From contig OY970166.1 of the NCBI GenBank assembly GCA_963706595.1, forward strand, positions 2,624,001 through 2,688,000: a stretch of DNA of 64,000 bases, written 5' to 3'. Made by a program: the position numbers and the translations under genes. The notes under the pieces are model-generated. The model was not told the origin of the DNA. It searched no databases and worked only from the letters and a program-made list of their open reading frames with translations. Shown piece by piece: positions 51,807 to 61,600 of the stretch. Within the stretch, counting starts at the first letter, position 1; the number at the start of each line of letters is the position of its first letter. The DNA is from an uncultured cyanobacterium (GTDB taxonomy: Bacteria > Cyanobacteriota > Cyanobacteriia > Cyanobacteriales > Nostocaceae).

Positions 51807-53012
51807 ATGAAAGCCAAAATACTTTTATGTGGTGTGTTGGGGTTACTTGGCATCAGCAGCCTAATTTTTCACGCCACAACACAGCCCCAGAATTATATTA
51901 AAGCAGAGGTGGCTACTACGCCAAAAAATCTCCCTCAAAACCTAGAAACCGCAGTGCGCGAAAAAATGGCGCAGCAATTGCAAATTAACAGCAAACTTCT
52001 CAAACTAACTAAATCTGAAATAGCTAATTGGGACGACTGTTTACCCGACAAATCAGGCGTAATTCCGACTCAACCTTGTTCAGCTAAATCCCGTTCTGGC
52101 TGGCGTGTAACCATTAGTGGTCAAGGGGAAAATTGGGTTTATTATGTCACTAATAATGGATTTATTACCCTTGATGCCACTGCCAGTTTAAATCAAACTA
52201 TTCTCTCAGCTTTATCCACAAAATTATCCCTAGAAACCAACAATATTTCTATTATTGCCGCACAACTAAGCAAAGGTCTTCCGGCCTGTCCGATCAATGC
52301 TACTTGCAAAGTCCAGCCAATTTTAGGATGGCGTATTCTTGTAAAAGGTAGAGAAAAACCATTCTTTTTGGGATTGGATGGCCAAGATTTAAATTATGGG
52401 AATTTAAGTTTATATTTGCCCCAAGAAACAGCAGAAATGCCCCGAAATATTGGCGAGAAGGTGTTAGAAGATTTTGTGAGTCGCCATGATAATTTAAATT
52501 CTAACCTGCGAGTTGAAAGTATTAAAGCTATAAAATGGAATTTGTGTAGCAGTGGAGGACCAACAAGACCAGAAATGGGAAATTGTCCAAATGTAGAAAT
52601 AGGAGGTTGGCAAATGATAGTTATTAGTGGCGCTAATCGCTATGTTTACTATATTGACCAAACCGAAGTTTCTAACCCTCATATTTTTCCCCAACCTGAT
52701 GCAATGCAGAGTTTACCTAATTCATTAGTAACTGCAATCAAAAAAGATGCAGCTAAACGGGCAAAGGTCTCAGAAAATATGATTGGTCTGCACTGGGCAA
52801 GTCCCAAATTTTTTGATGGTTGTTTGGATATTGACAACCAAAAATTACATTGTCGTCAGTCCATTTCAGCAGGATGGGAAGTGAGGGCTGCTGGCGGTAA
52901 TGTTCCTAGTGGAAATCCTTCATGGGCAAGTGCTACCTGGAGTTATAATGTGAATCTGGCGGGCAATGATATTCGGTTTTTACAGTCTGGTGTGTGGCTT
53001 CCAGTACCTTAA
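51807..53012 (+). CDS. Hypothetical secreted protein with four Cys-pair/GW repeat domains
   Basis: Signal-like N-terminus; four ~80-aa units each with C...C...GW. Confidence 0.75.
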   Translation: MKAKILLCGVLGLLGISSLIFHATTQPQNYIKAEVATTPKNLPQNLETAVREKMAQQLQINSKLLKLTKSEIANWDDCLPDKSGVIPTQPCSAKSRSGWRVTISGQGENWVYYVTNNGFITLDATASLNQTILSALSTKLSLETNNISIIAAQLSKGLPACPINATCKVQPILGWRILVKGREKPFFLGLDGQDLNYGNLSLYLPQETAEMPRNIGEKVLEDFVSRHDNLNSNLRVESIKAIKWNLCSSGGPTRPEMGNCPNVEIGGWQMIVISGANRYVYYIDQTEVSNPHIFPQPDAMQSLPNSLVTAIKKDAAKRAKVSENMIGLHWASPKFFDGCLDIDNQKLHCRQSISAGWEVRAAGGNVPSGNPSWASATWSYNVNLAGNDIRFLQSGVWLPVP

Positions 53013-53041
53013 GCTATGCTGATTAATTTGCACTCTTGTAT

Positions 53042-53671
53042 CTAACCTAATACACGCCTCACCCACTCTCTTACTGCTTTTCTCATCGTCCTTCTTCCCT
53101 CGGTGCGATTTTCCTCAATCAACCTGGGTAACTCCCGAATTGGTAAACTAGGAAAAACCAAACTTGTTTCAGACTCTATATAATCACCATTCTGCAATAA
53201 ATAAATCTTCAATTCTCCAGAGTCATAACACCAGATTTCCGGAACACCCAACCGCGCATAAATCGGAAATCGATTTAAAGATTTGCTGGTAACATCAATT
53301 TCTAATGCTAAATCTGGGGGCGGATCTTGGTTTAAATCTAAATCAAGCTTACCCCTAATAGCTGCTTCATTTTGGAAATAAAAACAATCATCTGGTTCTA
53401 AACCAGCCATCCGGCTTTGCTGCTTCCAGGTAGTTGAACCATAGCTTTCATATTTTAAATCTAATTCTAAAGCTATATCTTCAATAGCGATGCTGAAACT
53501 TTTTTTATAATATTCGTGTTCTGGTAAAGGTGTGATTATTTCCAAGTTCCCGTTATCGTAAGCTATTCTGGCTGCACGATTTTCGCCCAAATCCTGTAAG
53601 ATGTTTTCAAATTGTTGCCAGCTAATGTTGTAAAGTACGACTCTATCGGCTCGATTTTTCACAGCTATCAT
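53042..53671 (-). CDS. Uma2 family endonuclease
   Basis: ISWQQFE, EPDDCFY, PPPDLALEID and GVPEIW motifs. Confidence 0.9.
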   Translation of the reverse strand: MIAVKNRADRVVLYNISWQQFENILQDLGENRAARIAYDNGNLEIITPLPEHEYYKKSFSIAIEDIALELDLKYESYGSTTWKQQSRMAGLEPDDCFYFQNEAAIRGKLDLDLNQDPPPDLALEIDVTSKSLNRFPIYARLGVPEIWCYDSGELKIYLLQNGDYIESETSLVFPSLPIRELPRLIEENRTEGRRTMRKAVREWVRRVLG

Positions 53672-53712
53672 GATTTTTTGACTCCTGTAAATCAGCAATT
53701 AGCCCTACTTAA

Positions 53713-54069
53713 GAGAATGTTTTAAAAGTCCTCTTTTTAGTAGCAAAACGTTTTAGATCCCCCTAAATCCCCCTTAAAAAGGGGGACTTTGATTCTAGTT
53801 CCCCCCTTTTAAGGCAGGGCTGTTTCATTCCATCAGGAGGGAGGATTTGTCAATATCATTAGGGATAATTTTTGGGACAGAAGTCATGGAAAACCTACAT
53901 TTCAATCCAAAAAATTCAAATTTTTCTCAGGATATTTAGAGCGATCGCTTTAAATATCCCTTGACATAATAAGCCTTTGAGGGAATGAAACAGCCCTGCC
54001 TTTTTAAGGGGGGCTAGGGGGGATCGACTCGTGCTTAACATTACAGCCAACTAGTTTGAAAACATCCTC
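53713..54069. mobile_element. Outer MITE (IS5/IS1031-like ends, TAA duplication)
   Basis: TIRs GAGAATGTTTTAAAAGT and AGTTTGAAAACATCCTC (14/17 match); TAA on both flanks; internal cccctaaatcccccttaaaaaggggg repeats. Confidence 0.65.
53815..53998. mobile_element. Inner 184-bp MITE (ISAs1-like ends)
   Basis: Perfect 17-bp TIRs CAGGGCTGTTTCATTCC and GGAATGAAACAGCCCTG; flanks CCTTTTAAGG and CCTTTTTAAGG. Confidence 0.8.
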
Positions 54070-54098
54070 TAAATATTGACTCATTTATGGAAACTTGG

Positions 54099-55469
54099 TT
54101 AACAGTTGCAGCAGTAGCGATCGCGCCCTTGTTGTTTAGCATCGTATAATGCTTTATCGGCATAAGCTATCAGTGTATCTGGATGCACTTCCACGGTCGG
54201 TATCAGTGAGGCAATACCCAAACTCACTGTGACGATATCGGCGACATGAGAATGTGCATGGGGAATAACCTGATCACGAATTACTTGTTGAATTTTTTGT
54301 GCTATTTTAATTACTCCTTCTTTATCTGTATTGGGCAGAAGGACTGTAAATTCTTCGCCACCATAACGTGCCAGTAAATCGGCGGGACGGCGAACTACTT
54401 CTTGGACTGTTTGTGTTATTCTAATCAGGCAATCGTCACCAGCCAGATGACCATAGTAGTCATTGTAAGCTTTAAAGTTATCAACATCGAATAAAATCAA
54501 TGATAGGGGCTGCTTTTCCCGCGCTAGACGTTGCCATTCTGCTTGCAATCGGGTATCAAAACAACGACGGTTAGCTACCTGAGTTAAACCATCAATATTT
54601 GCCAGTTGTTTGAGTTTTTGATTGGCATCTTGCAGAGCCAATTCAATTTGCTTACGGGCAGTTATATCACGGATAGTAATGGAAAAGCCATCACCTAATT
54701 TTACAGCTACAAAGTGATACCAAGAAGAATCTCCTGATGGATAGTAAAAATCTTGTTCTAGAGCTTTCCCAGTCTCCACAATCTCAATGAAATTATCAAA
54801 TAGTTCTGGTTGAATTTTAACCAAAAACTTTTTTAGTACCAATTTACCGAGCATCTCTTCACGACTGCGTTCAAATACTTTAGCAATTACAGGGTTAACA
54901 ACTAAACAGCGAAAATCCTCAATATTCCCAGTTTCGGGGTTACGAACAGCTTGCAAAGCTGCGATTCCATCTAGAGAACTATTCAAAACGCTAGATAACA
55001 AAGCTCTAGACTGATAAAGTGCCTCTTCTGTCTCTCTACGGTAATTAATTTCTTTTTGCAGAAGGCGTTGTTGTCGTTGAATAGTTAACTGATTATTTAG
55101 ACGTGCTACTACTTCTTCGATTTGAAAGGGTTTGGTGATGTAGTCTACACCCCCGGAATTAAAAGCTTTAACTTTATCGAAAACATCATCTAAAGCACTA
55201 ATAAAAATCACGGGAATGTAACATAAGTCTTCATCTGCTTTCAGGGCTTGACAGACTTGATACCCATCCATTTCCGGCATTTTGATATCTAACAGAATAA
55301 CTTCTGGTCGCTTGACCTTGACCGTTTTGAGTGCCATTCGCCCACTGGTGACGCTGCGAACAGTGTAGCCAAGTTTGACAAGCAAATCGCTTAGTAATTG
55401 TAGGTTTTCGGGAATGTCATCTACTAGAAGAATATTGCCTTGATTTTCTATATTAGAATCAGGATTCAT
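54099..55469 (-). CDS. Response regulator-PAS-diguanylate cyclase
   Basis: REC (LVDD, LLDIKMP, KP), PAS-like region, RPAD I-site and GGEEF. Confidence 0.92.
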   Translation of the reverse strand: MNPDSNIENQGNILLVDDIPENLQLLSDLLVKLGYTVRSVTSGRMALKTVKVKRPEVILLDIKMPEMDGYQVCQALKADEDLCYIPVIFISALDDVFDKVKAFNSGGVDYITKPFQIEEVVARLNNQLTIQRQQRLLQKEINYRRETEEALYQSRALLSSVLNSSLDGIAALQAVRNPETGNIEDFRCLVVNPVIAKVFERSREEMLGKLVLKKFLVKIQPELFDNFIEIVETGKALEQDFYYPSGDSSWYHFVAVKLGDGFSITIRDITARKQIELALQDANQKLKQLANIDGLTQVANRRCFDTRLQAEWQRLAREKQPLSLILFDVDNFKAYNDYYGHLAGDDCLIRITQTVQEVVRRPADLLARYGGEEFTVLLPNTDKEGVIKIAQKIQQVIRDQVIPHAHSHVADIVTVSLGIASLIPTVEVHPDTLIAYADKALYDAKQQGRDRYCCNC

Positions 55470-58123
55470 TGCTTATCAGGGGTTCGGCTAGTTCCACAAG
55501 CTGTTCAAATTCAAATTGGCGAGCAAGTTTTGTTAACGAGTGTATCAAACGAGGTTCTGTTTTAGGAATTTCTCCTAGCAGTTCTAAGACGAGGTGAGTA
55601 TTTGCCTCAAGGGCTGCTGCGTATATTTGAGTAATCCATTCTCCAGACATACAGGTGAGGTCTTGGGGTGTCAAGGCGCTTTCTGCTGCCCTATCTAATG
55701 CTGGTGAACTAGTTTGTGCAAAGATGTATTTTACACCCAAATGCTTGGCAAGGGCATCAAAAATTGTTTGTTCAGTAAATGGTTTGCGGAGAAAGTCATC
55801 ACAACCGGCTGAAAGCACAATGGCTTTTTCTTCTTCTAATACACTAGCAGTTAAAGCAATGACAGCCGTAGCATTGCCTTTGGTGGTAGATTTAATCTGT
55901 TTTGTCGTCTCATAACCGTCCATCACTGGCATCCGCATATCCATAAAAATTAAATGCGGTTCCCACTCATCCCAAATCGTCAATGCTTCTTGACCATTAC
56001 TAGCTGTTTTTATTTCAAAACCCAAGGGTTCTAATAGCTTAATTAGTAATTGACAATTAATAACTTTATCATCTACTGTTAATATTTTATATTGAGGTTG
56101 ACCTGGTGATAGTCCTAAAATCTGGGTATATTCTTTGTCGGTTTGGCTGTTAGTATTTTGCCCTAATTTGACTTGAATATAAAATTTAAAAGTAGAGCCT
56201 TTTCCTAATTCACTTTCAACGCTAATATCTCCACCCATTAAGTTGATAAACTGGCGACTAATTGCCAAACCAAGTCCTGTTCCTTCTTGGGCATCTTTAC
56301 CGGATTGCGTTTGACTAAAAGCTGCAAATAGTTTGGGTAATTCTGCCGCAGCAATTCCTGAACCTGTATCCTGAATTTTAAAATCAAGAGTGACAACATC
56401 TGTAGTTTCTGCACTGCTATAATTCACCTTGACACTAATTCCACCTTGTGCAGTAAATTTGATGCTATTACTAATTAAATTAATTAATACTTGCCGTAGT
56501 TTCACTTCATCGGTGCAAATATAGACGCGGTATATTTTCAGAGCGTTGAAACATTAAACTTAAATCTTGATTGCTTGCTCGTAAGTGAAACATATCTTCT
56601 AAATCATCTAGCAAGCGATAAAGGTCAAAATCTTTGGGGTTGAGGGTGGTTTTTCCGGCTTCGATTTTGGATAAATCGAGAATATTATTAATTAATATAA
56701 GTAAATATTCCCCACTGCGATAAATAATCCCGGCATTTTCATATGAATCAGATGGGGTATTTGGAGAACGTAATATTAATTGGGAAAAACCCAGAACTGC
56801 ATTTAAAGGAGAGCGTAATTCATGACTCATATTCGCAATAAATGTGCTTTTGGCTTGATTAGCTGCTTCGGCTTTTTCTTTGGCATTTGCTAGTTCTGCG
56901 GTTCTTTCCTTCACTCGCTGTTCTAAGGTTTCAAAAGATACTTGCAATTGATCCGCCATTGTATTGAAAGATATTGCCAGTTGAGCAATTTCGTCTTTTG
57001 AGCTAATTTTGACCCGGATATCTAAGTTACCTGCGGTAAATTGGGAAACTATATTAGTCAGGTAAATCAAGGGTTTTGTCAATAATTGCCCAAACACAAA
57101 AGCGATAATAGTAACAACTGTGGCGATGAATGCAAAAAGGAACATTGCATCGCGAATTTGCCTTTCTACAGGTGCGAGGGCGACAGTAAGGGGTTGTGCA
57201 AAAAGTACAGACCAAGGTTGATATTGCAAACGGGCGATTGCTACAAGGTTAAGCTCATTCCCTGTTGCTGCTAAGGATGTAATTACATAGGGTTGTTGAT
57301 TATCCAATGCTTGCTTAAGTTTTACCTCATTGGTGGCTAATTCATTAATAGGAGCAAAAGGTAAACGCCCTTCCGATTGCAGTTTATTGATCACATCTGT
57401 AAACAGAGGGACGATTGATTTAAACAGCAGTTTAGGTGCATTGCTATGTGCTAGATAAATATGATTTTCATCTAAAAGAATAGCAAAAGATTTTGCTCCA
57501 GCCCGTTCAGTTTGTCGAGTTACTAATTGCTGGACAACCGTAGCATTGTATGTGACTCGCAATACACCTAATATATCCCCCTTGGCGTTGCGAACCGGAC
57601 TGCTAAAAAAGAGGGTAACGAGGCCAGGAATATTTGGACTTCGCCTCATACTAGAAACAAATGATAGCTGAGTGTGCATCGGTTGTCTAAAGTAATCTTC
57701 ACCAGATTCATCTCTACCAATATCCGGTGTATTCGTATCCAAGACATTTTTTCCATTTAAGTCGAGCAAAGCATAGGAAATAACATTGAGCATATCTTTG
57801 CGACTGAGACGGATTAATGTTTCTGTTGCTAACCGTTCTTCATGGCTACCATCTCGCCGTTCAAGAGGTAGGCTGAGGCAGTCCGCCAAACCTGGTAAAA
57901 TTGCTTCCACACGCACAGAATTGAGATTTCCATCAATAAACGCATCTATTCTGTTAGCAGTTTCGTTAGCTGCCGCAGATAGGGCTTGTCGTGCGTTTTC
58001 GGTTAGTGCCTTTTGAGTTGTCTGTTTGTTGATAAAAGCCAACAATAACAACGGCATCAAAGCCACAATGAGAAACGATAAAATCAACTTTGTTCGGATG
58101 CTACCCAAAAGCGAGTGCTGCAT
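55459..58123 (-). pseudogene. Hybrid histidine kinase (TM-Cache-TM-HAMP-HisKA-HATPase-REC) split by a +1 frameshift at ~56524
   Basis: ORFs 56507..58123 and 55459..56505 join as P-R-Y-I-C-T-D-E-V-K-L-R-Q if one base is removed, matching both adjacent paralogues; may be a sequencing error. Confidence 0.8.
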
Positions 58124-58132
58124 GGCTTCAGA

Positions 58133-59107
58133 TTAGGAGGGAGAATTTAAGAAAGAAGAATTGAACAAGGTTGTGATCTCAGGAATGCGTGTCACATTAC
58201 CCGTGCGAATAAAAAAGTCTGCATATATTTTGGCAGTTTTGTAAATAGAATTATGACTATTAGATCGAAAAAACTGCTGATTTTCCTGAAGATCGGTGAG
58301 ATTTACACCCTCCAAAGAGAGTGTGTTGCTAAATATTCAAGAATTTGCTGATAATTACATTTCCTTCCTGAATATTTGCTTCCCAATATGTCAAGGCTTG
58401 CAGCCATCCGCGAATAAAGGCGCGAATATCTTCTGGGCGATCGCGAATTATCTAACCCGAAATGCTACCAAATCCAAAATTAAGCCAGGGGTTTGTTTGC
58501 TGTTAAATAGGATATGTCCCCCAATTTTATAGCTTCGGAAAGATAGGGTTCCCAAGTGTGTCCGGCTTGAATAGCATTATTTTTCAGGCGTTGGGGAATT
58601 TCTAAAGCATCGAATTTAACAAAATTTACATCATCGCTGGTTAAGTTGGCTGTTTTCAACATTTCAGTTACAAAAACTTCGCTAAACCCTCCCAAATTTG
58701 CACCTAGCTTTTTCCCTTTTAAGTCAGCAACAGTTTTAATATCTGGTTGTGCCACTACCACATCTGCTCCATTTGTCTCATCCACAACCATCACAGTTTG
58801 CATATCGGGATTAGTGGCACTTAAGATCATAAAATCCCCTAAAGTCAATCCGATACCATCGTATTTTCCGGCACTAAAATCTGCTTGCTGCAATTGGGCA
58901 AAGTCTACATAGTTAAGTTCTACTTCTACTTCTTGGTCCTTAAAAAATCCTTTTTTTTGGGCAATTATCGCTGGACCATTGCCCACAAAAGTGATGCAGG
59001 TCAATTTAAAAGGAGGGTGTTTTACTTCAATCGGTGTTGAAGTAGTAACAAGCAAATAGCAACCAGGAGGTCAGGAAAAAAATACTAATTATCAGAGTTT
59101 CACTCAA
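58133..59107 (-). pseudogene. ABC-type substrate-binding lipoprotein (NMT1/SsuA-like) with about four frameshifts
   Basis: Fragments in different frames: IISIFFLTSWLLFAC | KKGFF...GADVVVA...DLKGKK...HTWEPY | GHILFNSKQTPGLILD | IIRDRPEDIRAFIRGW | EGVNLTDLQEN. Confidence 0.75.
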
Positions 59108-59125
59108 GTAAGATTTAATTATTCT

Positions 59126-61534
59126 TTATAGCAAGGGTAAATTCTCAACTAAATCAACAATCTGTTCAAATTTAAATTGACGAGCAAGTTTTGTTAAAGA
59201 ATGTATCAGGTGAGTTTCTATCTTTGGAATTTCTTTTACCAGTTCCAAGACGAGGTTGTTATTGGCCTCAAGCGCAGCTTCATATAAGTTATTTATCCAT
59301 TCTCCAGACATACAAGTTAAATTTTCTGATGTTAATGGGCTTGACTCTACACTCTCTAAATCAAGTGCATGGTTTTCTGAAAATATGTATTTTACACCTA
59401 GATGTTTAGCTAAAGCATCAAAAATTGTATGTTCTCTAAATGGTTTGCGGAGAAAGTCATCACAACCGGCTGAAAGTACTATGGCTTTCTCTTCTTCTAA
59501 TACACTTGCAGTTAAAGCGATTACAGCTGTAGCATTGCCTTTGGTGGTAGATTTAATCTGTTTTGTCGCCTCATAACCATCCATAATCGGCATCCGCATA
59601 TCCATAAAAATTAAGTGAGGTTCCCACTCATCCCAAATAGTTATGGCTTCTTTGCCGTTACTAGCTTCTTTCATCTCAAAACCCAATGGTTGTAAAAGCT
59701 TCAGCAATAATTGACGATTAATAGCTTTATCATCTACTACGAGGATTTTATATGTAGGTTGACCAGCCCCCAATCCTAGTACATGAGGATGTTCTTCCAC
59801 ATCATTACTATTTATTGCTTGACCTAATTTGGACTGAATATAAAATTGAAATGTTGTACCTTTTCCTAACTCGCTTTCTACTGAAATATCCCCACCCATT
59901 AACTGTACAAATTTCCGACTGATTGCTAAACCTAACCCCGTTCCTTCTTGCATTTCTTTTCCGGCTTCGGCTTGGGTAAAGGCCTCAAATAGTTTTGGTA
60001 GTTCTGCGGGGGCAATTCCTACTCCAGTATCATGCACTTGAACATGGAGATAAAAACAATCAGTTGTTATTTTTTCTCCCTGAAAAACATAGAGAGTAAT
60101 TTGACCCACAGGGGTAAATTTAATGGCATTACTCAGTAAATTTATTAAAACTTGACGCAGTTTTACTTCATCAGTGCAAATATATAGCGGTAAGCTTTCA
60201 CTACGCTGAAATATTAGTGACAATCCGGCACTACTAGCCCGCAGATGCAGCATATCTTCTAAATCATCTAGTAAGCGATGGAGATTAAAATCATTAATAT
60301 TCAGGGTTGCTTTCCCGGCTTCGATTTTGGATAAATCGAGAATATGATTAATCAAGGTGAGTAAGTAGTCGCCACTGCGATAAATAATGCCGGCATTTTC
60401 ATATTGATCGGGCGGGAGATTGTTTGCACGTAACATCAGTTGCGAAAAGCCAATAACAGCGTTGAGGGGCGATCGCAATTCATGACTCATATTGGCAATA
60501 AATGCACTTTTAGCCCGGTTCGCGGTTTCAGCTTTGGCTGCTAGTTCCTGCGCCTTAGCTTCACTTGCTTGTAAATCTCTAGTGCGGTCAAAAACTCGTT
60601 GTTCTAGTTCTGTATTAACTATTTTAAGATTTAATTTATACTGATGGTTTTCTGTAACAATGGCTAACATCACCATAGTAGTCACAGATATTACACCCAT
60701 AAATAATTGTAACAATACAATTGAATTAGTATTCAAAGCTGCATCATAAAACACTCCTAATTCGTAGCTGGTAGCAACAGCAGCTACAGTAGATATAATC
60801 GCCACTAATACAGTGGTGATTTTAGCACCAAAGCGAAAAGCCGACCAAAATAAAGGCGGTAATAGTAAATACTCTAAATGTTGTGGTTGAATCAAAGTAA
60901 AATAACTAACTATACATAAAAAAATTATTGTCACTAACATTTCCCGATTCAGCCAAGATTTAACTTCAAAATTAGGGGTTTTTTTGGCTAAAGTTAAAAT
61001 AAGAGGAGCAAATACTAAAATCCCGACCGCATCACCCACCCACCAACCCAAGGCGATTTGTGTATATTCATTCCAAGGTTGATAACCAGATAAGCAAACT
61101 ATAAACGGACCTACTAAAGATTGAAAAATAGTCCCAGTAAACAAAATGCAAACAGAGAAAATAACTACATCTTTCACTTGAGCAAAAGGGTAATTAGTGC
61201 GCGCTAATCGCAATATTAGTGTTATAGAAATTAGTGCGCCAATAGCAGTACCAATAGCTGGCGCAACAATTAAAATTATGTTGTTAACGAGGATAGTATT
61301 AGTTAACATTGCTCCTAAAGAGACTCCAAACCAACGCGATCGCCCCCACAACAACAAAAAGCCAATAGCAAGACCCGCAGCTGGCCAAATAGGAGTACCA
61401 AAATCCGGAAGTGACATTTTTTTCAATACCAGCCAAGAGACAACATAGTAACTCGTGGCAATAATTAATATATGGAACCACCAACGAGGATTGCGATAGT
61501 CAACGCCCAGACGTAAAAAAATCTTCACAGCCAT
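59126..61534 (-). CDS. MASE1-domain hybrid histidine kinase
   Basis: Multi-TM region with PIWPAAG, WWVGDAVG and WSAFRFG; MSHELRSPLN H-box, G-boxes and REC. Confidence 0.9.
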   Translation of the reverse strand: MAVKIFLRLGVDYRNPRWWFHILIIATSYYVVSWLVLKKMSLPDFGTPIWPAAGLAIGFLLLWGRSRWFGVSLGAMLTNTILVNNIILIVAPAIGTAIGALISITLILRLARTNYPFAQVKDVVIFSVCILFTGTIFQSLVGPFIVCLSGYQPWNEYTQIALGWWVGDAVGILVFAPLILTLAKKTPNFEVKSWLNREMLVTIIFLCIVSYFTLIQPQHLEYLLLPPLFWSAFRFGAKITTVLVAIISTVAAVATSYELGVFYDAALNTNSIVLLQLFMGVISVTTMVMLAIVTENHQYKLNLKIVNTELEQRVFDRTRDLQASEAKAQELAAKAETANRAKSAFIANMSHELRSPLNAVIGFSQLMLRANNLPPDQYENAGIIYRSGDYLLTLINHILDLSKIEAGKATLNINDFNLHRLLDDLEDMLHLRASSAGLSLIFQRSESLPLYICTDEVKLRQVLINLLSNAIKFTPVGQITLYVFQGEKITTDCFYLHVQVHDTGVGIAPAELPKLFEAFTQAEAGKEMQEGTGLGLAISRKFVQLMGGDISVESELGKGTTFQFYIQSKLGQAINSNDVEEHPHVLGLGAGQPTYKILVVDDKAINRQLLLKLLQPLGFEMKEASNGKEAITIWDEWEPHLIFMDMRMPIMDGYEATKQIKSTTKGNATAVIALTASVLEEEKAIVLSAGCDDFLRKPFREHTIFDALAKHLGVKYIFSENHALDLESVESSPLTSENLTCMSGEWINNLYEAALEANNNLVLELVKEIPKIETHLIHSLTKLARQFKFEQIVDLVENLPLL

Positions 61535-61600
61535 AACTAAATAAAGAATAGCGGAATCTTAACAATCTCCAAGGGGACAGAAGCAACTACTTAACGAAAT

